Assembly (NCBI GenBank): GCA_963836125.1
Contig: CAWIIK010000006.1
Coordinates: forward strand, 31,975-95,974
Source of the DNA: an uncultured Acidobacteriota bacterium
GTDB taxonomy: Bacteria; Acidobacteriota; Terriglobia; Acidiferrales; UBA7541
Reading direction: 5' to 3'
DNA: 64,000 nucleotides
The notes under the pieces were generated by a model. It saw only the letters and a program-made list of their open reading frames with translations. It searched no databases and was not told the DNA's origin. A program made the position numbers and the translations under genes. Of this stretch, positions 1 to 7,889 are shown in pieces; the stretch's first letter is position 1, and every line of letters starts with the position of its first letter.

Positions 1-1207
1 CCGTGACAGTGCTGTCCTCAGGTTTGTAACCGAGACTCACGTGGTACGGCTCCCAGGGGCTCCTGGCCGTGTCCTCCGCAAACGTGAAGAACGTGTACGA
101 CTCCAGCCTTCCGGTGAGCGCCATGTCATTCACCTGTGGCCAGGTCTGGCCGATGTTGAGCAGAGATAGCCGAAGCGCCCGGCCCACCGTGCTATTCGCT
201 CGCCACCCGTGACCGAGCATGCCGATGCCGGAGTTAAAGCCAAGCTCCTGAGCGATCGGGCCGTCGACAACGACAACAGGCGTGAACGAGCCGGTCGAAG
301 CCTGCACGTGCGTCAAGTCATAGTGCCTATCGGTGAAGCCCTCCATCGCTGCCAGAATCACCGGGAAATACTCCGGCTTGGCGCCGGCCATCACCGCGTT
401 GACCGCTATCTTTTCGACGGTTGCGGTGCCATTTTTCGGCGCCGCCTGCCCAACTACATCTTTCGGCGAACGCGTAGTCCCCGCCAGCATCCCCTTCACC
501 AGCTCGGGCGTCGGCGGAACGGCAGGCAGACCGTCGATCCAGCGGTTGGCGAGGAACAGCTCATTCGTCTTCTCGAACGCGTCGAGGAAATCCTTGCCGG
601 TCACTTGAATGTTGCGATCCTCCCGCTCGATCTGTATGGGCGAGGGCTTCGCCTCCTCCGGGGTCAACGGGCGGGTGAGCGCGTCGATCAGGGAGTCGAA
701 ACACGCGCTGGCAAGGGGTTGCAACTCTTCTTTGCTGGCACGCGCGCGATAGTATTGGTCGGCCGGGAGAGGCAGGACCCGGATTCCGGGCATGCCGCGA
801 TCCTTCGCTGCCGATTCTGCGTCCCCGAGAAATTCGCTGGTGATGAAATAAACGCCGGGCATTCCTGACTTTTCAATTTCAATCGCGTCGTGGGAACCCC
901 ACCACGTGCAGCTCCCTCAATCGCCGACACCGAAAACAAAAAGGTCGCCCTGCTGCTTCACGGTCGGATACCACTTGGGCACGTTCGTGATCGTCTGCGC
1001 CGCCGGCTTCGCGTACATCACGACCGTTGCCTTCGGATACTTCTCTTTCAGCATGTCTGCGAGTACTTCGAGAAACTCGTTCGCGCCGAATTTGCCATTG
1101 TCGACCAGCACGAGTTTCCTTGCCGACAGGTCGGAAACGCGGGGGCTGATGCCCCGTGTGGCCGGCGGAGGAATTTCGCCGCGCGGGTTCATGACCTCAA
1201 GTTGCAT
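1..1207 (-). CDS. UxxC (UGSC-type) selenoprotein fused to a large C-terminal domain, paralog 1. Sec codon TGA at 917-919. The 3' end runs off the window.
   Basis: Listed ORF 917..1222(-) ends ...LFVFGVGD at a TGA. The same frame stays open to position 1 and reads U-GSCTWWGSHDAIEIEKSGMPGVYF...IDGLPAVPPT...VMAGAKPEYFPVILAAM...WEPYHVSLGYKPEDSTVT, colinear with paralogs 2-4. AAGGAGG lies 5 nt before the second ATG (1207), so that start is preferred over 1222. The downstream part is absent from the ORF track because it has no stop inside the window. Confidence 0.75.
889..916 (-). promoter_or_regulatory. Candidate SECIS-like hairpin just 3' of the TGA of paralog 1
   Basis: The minus-strand RNA after UGA is GGGAGCUGCACGUGGUGGGGUUCCCACG. 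Two foldings are possible: GGGAGCU/GGUUCCC (7 bp with two G-U pairs) or CGUGG/CCACG (5 bp). Both leave a G/U-rich loop. Folded by eye only. Confidence 0.4.
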
Positions 1208-1324
1208 CTGTGCCTCCTTCATGAAGCTTTCGCGTGGCCAAGTTTACCAAACGCGGCGTGCGCCACTGAGCTCGCCTTACGCCGCCGACTTGGCTCCAAC
1301 CTAGCCTATTCTAATGACCGAGTG

Positions 1325-1338
1325 GTTGTCAAAACAAC
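1325..1338 (-). promoter_or_regulatory. Operator-like 14-mer GTTGTTTTGACAAC (minus-strand reading) containing a TTGACA -35 hexamer that faces paralog 1
   Basis: The plus strand reads GTTGTCAAAACAAC, identical to 7045..7058. It is one of four copies of GTTGTYTTGACAAC in the window. No good -10 element at 17 nt was found for this copy. Confidence 0.5.
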
Positions 1339-1377
1339 CATCTGCTGCACCCTCGCTCCCACCGGCACCTTACTCAT

Positions 1378-1412
1378 GTTGTCTTGACAACTACAGTGCA
1401 GTCTGTTGTACT
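1378..1412 (+). promoter_or_regulatory. Operator-like palindrome GTTGTCTTGACAAC overlapping a candidate sigma70-type promoter for paralog 2
   Basis: The arms GTTGTC/GACAAC are perfect inverted repeats (1378..1391). TTGACA at 1384..1389 is followed by a 17-nt spacer and TGTACT at 1407..1412. The ATG at 1477 is preceded by AGGAG. Confidence 0.5.
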
Positions 1413-1476
1413 TACCGTCGTTTGACAAGAGTTTGGCGAAGCGCTCAAGCTCGGTGAATCTCGCAGGAGTCACGTC

Positions 1477-3246
1477 ATGGCCACGCTGTTGCGTTCGGCG
1501 GTATTAAATCCGGAGGCGTACCGAACCGTCAGAGCCGCCGCCGGGGACGCACCCGGTAAGCCGCCATCATTCGCTTCCCTCGCTCCGCGCCTGGACAACC
1601 TCACGGGCAAGACGATCTACCTCGTCGACACCGGATTTGGAGGAAGCGGCAAATTCCTGGACCAGGCGCAGGCATGGTTTGCCGAGAACATGCCATCGGT
1701 CAAGACCGTGCGCCGGCGGAAGACGGGCAACATCTTTCGCGACGATACAAAGGATCTCTGGGCCGAAATCAAGGAAAACGGCCAAGCCGCGATCTTAGGC
1801 GTCGCGGGTTGACCCGGCTGCGCAGCGGCGGTCGCCGCTTGCTCCCGCACGCTCGAGCAGGAATACGGAATCCCGACAGCGCCCGTCTCGACTTTTGAGT
1901 TTGCTAACGTCGTGGCCGACGATCGCCGCTTTCACGGCGTTCCCCTGCGCTTCATTTACACCCCGCATCCGGTCGTAGGCATGCCTCCTTCCGTTCTTCG
2001 CGGCTATATCGAAGGGAACGATCCGGCAACGCAACAAACCGTCATCGATGAAGTGATCGGGGCCCTCACAAAACCAGTCAGCGAAGACGAATTCACCGGG
2101 GACTTCGCGCCCGTGTCGCGGACGGGCGTCAGGCAAACCGTCCTTGAGCCGGACACGGACGACAACCTGCAGCGGCTTTTTTATGAACGAGGCTGGACCG
2201 ACGGGCTGCCCATCATCCTTCCCACGGAAGAGCGCGTCGCGGAAATGCTTGCGGGCACAAACCGGGCACCGGATGAGGTCGTCACGGAGATCTTCCTGCA
2301 CGACACCCAGGAATACTTGAAGTTCACCGTCGAAATGGTGGCCATCATAGGCGTCATGGCGGGAGCGCGGCCCGAGCACTTGCCCGTCCTTCTGGCCGTT
2401 GCCTCGACCGGGCATCCGTCGATCCCCGGCTCGACGACGCCATTTGCTTGCATGCTCCTCGTCAACGGCCCGATCCGCCATGAGATCGAGATGAATTCTG
2501 GGATTGGAGCTTTCAGTCCTCGCACCCTGGCGAATTCCGTAATCGGGCGCGCATGGACACTCCTGACAATCAACTGGGGTTACATGCGGCTCAGGAAGCA
2601 GTTCTGGACATCGCAAGGGAATCCCATCGGCTACAACAATATGTGTGTCGCAGAAAACGAGGAAAGAAGCGCCTGGGAACCCTTTCACGTGCAGAAAAAG
2701 TTTCGCCCGGAAGAGAGTGTCGTCAGCCTATTTCGCGGGTGGAGTTTCGTCAACAATGTCGTCGGATCGTCTCACCGGTCGGTAGGCAACGACATGTTCC
2801 TGCAGCTGGGAGCTCTGCCGGGCCTGTTTTCGGCAGCGACATTGATACTGGATCCGCTCGTCGCGCGGCACCTCAAGGAAAACGACGGCTTCCAGACCAA
2901 GCTGGATTTCTGCCGCTGGATTTCAGAAAATTTCACAATGCCTGCCGGACAATTCTGGGGCACGGATTTGATTCACATGATGATGGCCCCTCTCGCGGAT
3001 CAGGGTGTTGAACCATATGCGTCGTGGAAGAAGCTCCCCGAGGACACGCTGATCAGGCCGTACGACAAGCCCCCAAACATCAATATCGTCGTCGTGGGTG
3101 GCGAAACAAGTCCCATGTGGAAAGTCTCGGATTTCGCTTACGCCGTGAGCGCTTCGGTGGACAAGTGGCGCGCGAAGCCCGCCGCCGACGGCTGTACCGA
3201 TGGAAGCTGCGGCCTTCCCGATGAGCCGAGCAACGGAACCAGCTGA
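1477..3246 (+). CDS. UxxC selenoprotein fused to a large C-terminal domain, paralog 2. Sec codon TGA at 1810-1812, predicted residue 112 of 589.
   Basis: ORFs 1477..1812 and 1912..3246 are in the same frame (offset 435 nt) with a single TGA between them. The reading is ...AAILGVAG-U-PGCAAAVAACSRTLEQEYGIPTAPVSTFEFANVV-ADDRRFHGVPLRF... The segment between the TGA and the next start codon is conserved with paralog 4. Confidence 0.8.
1822..1842 (+). promoter_or_regulatory. Candidate SECIS-like hairpin 3' of the TGA of paralog 2
   Basis: GCAGCGGC-GGUC-GCCGCUUGC forms a stem of 6 contiguous pairs with a GGUC apical loop, starting 10 nt after the UGA. From memory, the E. coli fdhF SECIS also has a GGUC-containing apical loop. 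Confidence 0.5.
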
Positions 3247-3294
3247 CACCCGGAGACCCGTTCACAGACGAGACAGGAATCGAGGAGGCGGATC

Positions 3295-5088
3295 ATGGAT
3301 CGAAGAAAAATGTTGGCGTTGTTGGGAGCCGGCCCGGCTCTCGTGGCCGGTCGCTCGTCTTTTGCCCGGACCGCCGCGACAACAACCCCGCCCACTGCGC
3401 CGGGATCCGCGAGCTGTAGCGCGGACAACAGCGCGGTCACCGTCCTGAACCCTGCCATCGCCACCCGGCTTGCGGATCGCGTGCCTCTTGCGCCCCGCCT
3501 GGATTCCTTGGACGGCAAAACGATTTACCTTGTGGACTTCGACTGGGGAGGCATGGGGCAGAACGACACCATTCAACAGGAAATGCAAGCATGGTTTGCC
3601 CAGCATATGCCCGGCGTAAAAACGATCATCAAGGTCAAGGGCGGCAACTTTGTTACCGACGATCCCGGGCTGTGGAAGGAGATCGCCGCGAACCATGGCG
3701 ACGGAGTCATTATCGGCGTAGCTGGTTGACACGGCTGCGTCGGGGCCGTGAGCCTCGAAGCTGGAGAAATCGAGCGGAAATACGGCATTCCCACCGTTGC
3801 CGTCGCCGGTAGGAATGTCGTGTCGTTCGGCATTCACGCGAATTTCAAATACAACACCGGTATGCCTCTTCGGTTTGTCGGCTTCCCGTTCCCCTTTTCG
3901 GGCCAGCCGCAGTCGGTGATCCGGCAATACATCGAGGGGAAAGACAGCATAAGTGGCAAGCCTCTGATGCAAGCGATCGTGGATGGTCTCACGAAGCCGC
4001 TCACCGCGAATGAGGAATTGTCGGGCACCGCTCCTGATGCTCCGCCCCCGGAACCAAGACTGCTCGCCGCCGATACGCGGGACAATCTGCAGCAGCTGTT
4101 CCGTGACAAAGGATGGACGGACTACAACCCGGTGATCCTACCGACGCCCGAAAAAGTCGCCGCGATGCTCAAGGGCACCAGTCATTCGCCGGATGAGATC
4201 GTCAAAAGCGCCGCAGGAACCTTTGGGTCGCGCCGCCCATTTACAGTCGAGAAGGTGGCTACGATTGCGGTAATGGCGGGCGCCAAGCCTGAGTATTTGC
4301 CCGTGATCCTCGCCCTATCCACCAAGGTGCCGTATCAGGATTCTACGACTTCCATAGCGAACATGGTGGTGGTGAGCGGGCCAATACGCAAGAAGATTGG
4401 GATGAATTCGGGTCTTGGCGCCTTGGGTCCGGACAATGAAGCAAATGCCGTCATTGGCCGGGCCATGACGCTCATTCACAAGGTGATCCAGGGATACGTG
4501 GAGGGCGTGACCGGCTTTGCTTCGCTGAGCAACCCGCTGCGATACGACAATCTTTGCTTCGCCGAAGACGAGGAATCTCTCCCGGAAGGCTGGCTGCCTC
4601 TTCACGTGCAACTGGGCCACAAGCCGACCGATAGCGTCGTAACCATCTTCACCGGCTGGAATTTCATTAATAGCTCAGGCTGGGTCGAACAGCACTACGC
4701 CCCTCAATTCCTGATGCGCGACTACATGTCGTCGCTGTCCGGCATGAGCGCCACACTGATCATGGATCCCACGGTCGCGGAGCTGCTCAGTGGCGTGCAG
4801 GGCTTCAAGACAAAGGCAGATCTCGGCGCTTGGCTGTCGCAGAACGTCGAAAAAACCGCCGAATCCTACTGGGGCAATGCAATCGTGTCGAGCATGCTCG
4901 CGCCGCTGGCCCGCCAGGGTCTCAAGCCGTACGCAGACTGGTTGGATCTTCCTGGCAAGAGCTTAATCAAGCCGTTCGCCAACCCGAATGGTATCCGTGC
5001 GATCGTGGCCGGAGGGAAAACGGCGAGCGTTTGGTTCGCAACCGATTTCATGCCCGACAGAGGCACGTGGATCGACGAGTGGACCTGA
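3295..5088 (+). CDS. UxxC selenoprotein fused to a large C-terminal domain, paralog 3, with a Tat-like signal peptide. Sec codon TGA at 3727-3729, predicted residue 145 of 597.
   Basis: ORFs 3295..3729 and 3748..5088 are in the same frame (offset 453 nt). The reading is ...GVIIGVAG-U-HGCVGAVSLEAGEIERKYGIPTVAVAG... The N-terminus is MDRRKMLALLGAGPALVAGRSSFA. GAGGAGG precedes the ATG. Confidence 0.8.
3730..3750 (+). promoter_or_regulatory. Candidate SECIS-like hairpin 3' of the TGA of paralog 3
   Basis: CACGGC-UGCGUCGGG-GCCGUG forms a 6-bp perfect stem that begins directly after the UGA. Confidence 0.45.
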
Positions 5089-5132
5089 CGCGAGGCCAGA
5101 TCGTCGCTCGCCTTCCACCACGGCGCAATCTC

Positions 5133-6989
5133 TTAGTTCGAAACCGTTGCTTTTTGTGCCGGCGCGAACTCCGGTTCGGCGCTCGGCGCGGCTTCCGGGA
5201 TGCCGCAGGTGCCATCTTTGCAGGTCAGCGGCACTGGCATCCGAAGCGGTCGCGCGTCCCGGCGAATTCCGCACTTCGGCCGCCACGTATCAATCGAAAC
5301 GCTTCGGGTATATGTGAAATCCGTGGTGATCCACATCGGGTTCGTCTCGCCGCCGACAACTAAAATATTGAGGTCGTCGGGCGAGCGGCGTGGAGTGATC
5401 GGCTCGTCCTTGGGAAGCTTGGACCAGGAGGCAAACGGCTCCATCCCTTGTTCGGCCAGTCGCGCGGCAAAGCCCGATTGCATCTGGCCTTCCCAGAAAT
5501 GCCCGGCAGGAACTTTTGAATTTTTGACGATCCATCGGCAGGCATCCTGCTTGGTCTTGAAACCTTCCGTTCGCAGGTTCTTGGCCACTAGCGGATCCAC
5601 GACAAATGTAATGCTGGTCCCCATCGACCCAAACGTGGCGATGACGTGAGCCATCTCCTTCGCCGGACCGAGCCCAAAGTTAAGCAGATTCCATCCGCGG
5701 AACAGGCTCACCACACTTTCGTCCGGGCGGAAGCCTTTCTGCACATGGAACGGCTCGAAGGCGCTCAACTCCTCGTTCTCGCCGAAGCACATGTTGTTGT
5801 AATTCAAGTTGTGGCCAAACGTCGCCATGAAGTTTTCGCCCGCACGCGCGTCCCCGAAGTTGATGCTCATCAGCGTCCAAGCCCTGCCGATCACCGAATT
5901 CGCGAGATTGAATGGACTGAGTGCAGCCGTGCCGCAATTCATGCCGATCTCATTGCGCATGGGCCCGTTCACAACCATCATGCGGCCCCACGAGGTTGTC
6001 GAGCTCGGCATCGACGGTTCCTGCGAGGCGGCAAGCGCGAGGATCACCGGAAAGTGTTCCGGCCGCGCTCCCGCCATCACGGCGATCGCGGCCACTTTTT
6101 CGATGGTGTACTCCGTCTTTTCCTGATGCGTGGTAATCAACATCCGTCCGACGATCTCGTCGCGATCGTGATCCGTTCCGGTCAGCATTTCGGCCACGCG
6201 TTCCTCCGTGGGAAGCACGATCGGCAAACCGTCCGTCCATCCGTTTTCGACGAATTGGCGATAGAGATTTTCAGCGCGGTCGGCCGAAAGCAAGCGCGGT
6301 CGCCGCGGCTTCCGAGCAATCGTGGGATGCTTCTCTGTTTCGGTCAGCGGCTGCGTGAGCGCCTCGATCACTTCCTGCAGCAAAGGCTGTGACGTGATGG
6401 GATCGCTTCCCTCAACGTACCGTCGCAGCACGTCTCGCGGCATCCCCATCACCGGATACGGAGAGAACCCAAAGCGCAAAGGTGTCCCGCGAGCCCGCGC
6501 ATCGCGTTCCACGAAATCGGCAAATCGGGCGGTCACGAGGGGCGCTGTGGGAATCCCATATTCGTCTTCGAGAGTTCTCGAATAATCGGCGACACTCGCC
6601 GAGCAGGCCTCTCAACCACCCACACCCAAAATGACCGCGTCGCCGCCGCCCGATTTAATTTCGGCCCAGAGTTCGGGGTCGTCGGTGAACATCGTGCCTT
6701 TTTTATGCCGCAGCACCGTCTTCACGCTCGGCATGTTACGGCAAAACCAGTCCTGCACTTCCCGCATGAACTCGATGCTGCCCGCAAATCCCGTCTCGAC
6801 TAGATAGAGAGTCTTGCCTTCCAAAGTGCCAAGGCGCGGCGCCAGGGACATGCTTTTGAGATCGCCGCTCGGTTGGGCAACGGGGTCTAAAATGTCCCCG
6901 GGCTTCGACTGTGCGTCAAGACGGCGCCCAAAGATGCCGGAAGGCTGCCCGTGCGGATCCAACACCGTCAATTTGCCGCTCTGCTCCAT
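5133..6989 (-). CDS. UxxC selenoprotein fused to a large C-terminal domain, paralog 4. Sec codon TGA at 6612-6614, predicted residue 126 of 618.
   Basis: ORFs 6612..6989(-) and 5133..6536(-) are in the same frame (offset 453 nt). The reading is ...AVILGVGG-U-EACSASVADYSRTLEDEYGIPTAPLVTARFADF... GAGGAGG precedes the ATG. Confidence 0.8.
6587..6601 (-). promoter_or_regulatory. Candidate SECIS-like hairpin 3' of the TGA of paralog 4
   Basis: The minus-strand RNA CGGCGA-GUG-UCGCCG forms a 6-bp perfect stem starting 10 nt after the UGA. It could breathe to 5 bp with an AGUGU loop. Confidence 0.45.
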
Positions 6990-7023
6990 ATGAGTCCTCC
7001 TCTATCTAGCCGCGTCGCGCATA

Positions 7024-7058
7024 AGTTTAATCGTTCTTCATTTAGTTGTCAAAACAAC
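7024..7058 (-). promoter_or_regulatory. Operator-like 14-mer GTTGTTTTGACAAC overlapping a candidate promoter for paralog 4
   Basis: On the minus strand, TTGACA (7052..7047) is followed by a 17-nt spacer and TAAACT (7029..7024). This lies about 30 nt upstream of the RBS and ATG at 6989. The 14-mer at 7045..7058 is identical to 1325..1338. Confidence 0.55.
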
Positions 7059-7163
7059 CTTCTGCCATTCGACCCGGGGACGCGTGCGCGAAGTCCCTGG
7101 CGACTTAGTCAGGCAGCGAGCGTTTCGCATCTGCGTTATGGTTCCGCGTGCAATCAGGAACGT

Positions 7164-7739
7164 CTAACGGCGGCGGGCGGTACGATGCTTCTGTTGGATC
7201 GCAAGCTGAAACATTTCTTCCGCTCGGGCAGAAAGCAAGTCGAGTACTCGTTCCACGTCGCGAGCCCGTTGTCCCTGCAACAACTGGCGCTGATACTCCT
7301 CCGCGACTGGCGCGATCTTGCGCAAGAGCGCCTCACCCTTCTTCGTCAATGAGAGTAACGAAGCTCGGCTATCGGATGGATGCGACGTCCTCTGGATCAA
7401 TTTGCGGCGCAGCAAGCCCCTCAGCGAGCGGCTGATCCAGGCTTTGTCGACGTGCGTTCTGCGGCTCACTTCATTCACTGAGATGGGCTGATAGGCGCCC
7501 AGCATCACCAGGATCCGCAAATCCGTCGGCTTCACGCCGTAGCGATCTTTGAACGTGAGCGTGCCGATGCGAAGAATCAGTTCCGAGAGACGGACAATGC
7601 GCACGGAAACCAGCCGGATGAGCGTGTCGATATGGGGAGCGTGTTCCTGCCGGTGTCTCGGCTTCAACGGACTCGTTCGCCCGCTTCGGCCAGCTTCAAG
7701 GACCTTGGGATTGGCGGTCTGCGGTTCGCCAACGCTCAT
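7164..7739 (-). CDS. MarR-family transcriptional regulator
   Basis: The winged-helix core reads ...KPTDLRILVMLGAYQPISVNEVSRRTHVDKAWISRSLRGLLRRKLIQRTSHPSDSRASLLSLTKKGEAL... The start is taken at the internal ATG (MSVGEPQ), because the upstream part of the listed ORF is not protein-like. The predicted protein contains no cysteine. Confidence 0.85.
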   Translation of the reverse strand: MSVGEPQTANPKVLEAGRSGRTSPLKPRHRQEHAPHIDTLIRLVSVRIVRLSELILRIGTLTFKDRYGVKPTDLRILVMLGAYQPISVNEVSRRTHVDKAWISRSLRGLLRRKLIQRTSHPSDSRASLLSLTKKGEALLRKIAPVAEEYQRQLLQGQRARDVERVLDLLSARAEEMFQLAIQQKHRTARRR

Positions 7740-7776
7740 CGATGTTTCTCTCCCGAATGCGTCGATGCGAGCATAT

Positions 7777-7811
7777 GGTGTCTTGACAACAATAAGGTAC
7801 ACGAGTATATA
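7777..7811 (+). promoter_or_regulatory. Operator-like 14-mer GGTGTCTTGACAAC overlapping a near-consensus promoter for the PQQ dehydrogenase gene. It also lies in the marR upstream region.
   Basis: TTGACA at 7783..7788 is followed by a 17-nt spacer and TATATA at 7806..7811. The site has one mismatch to the palindrome at 1378..1391. It sits 38-51 nt upstream of the divergent marR ATG at 7739. Confidence 0.6.
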
Positions 7812-7889
7812 GCAGATCGGCTCGAGAATGCACGTCCTGAGAGAAGATTTCATGCGAAGAGCTGACCGCGCTATCGGAAAGAAGGAGTG

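Noticed and set aside
1810-6614. Reading the four in-frame TGAs as genuine stops, giving small N-terminal proteins plus separate downstream genes, or as evidence of a TGA-sense genetic code.
   Set aside because: The segments between each TGA and the next start codon are conserved at protein level, with mostly synonymous differences. The TGA always replaces the first residue of an x-x-C motif. Many other genes here terminate at TGA, and the DNA is high-GC, which does not fit a recoded TGA=Trp/Gly lineage.
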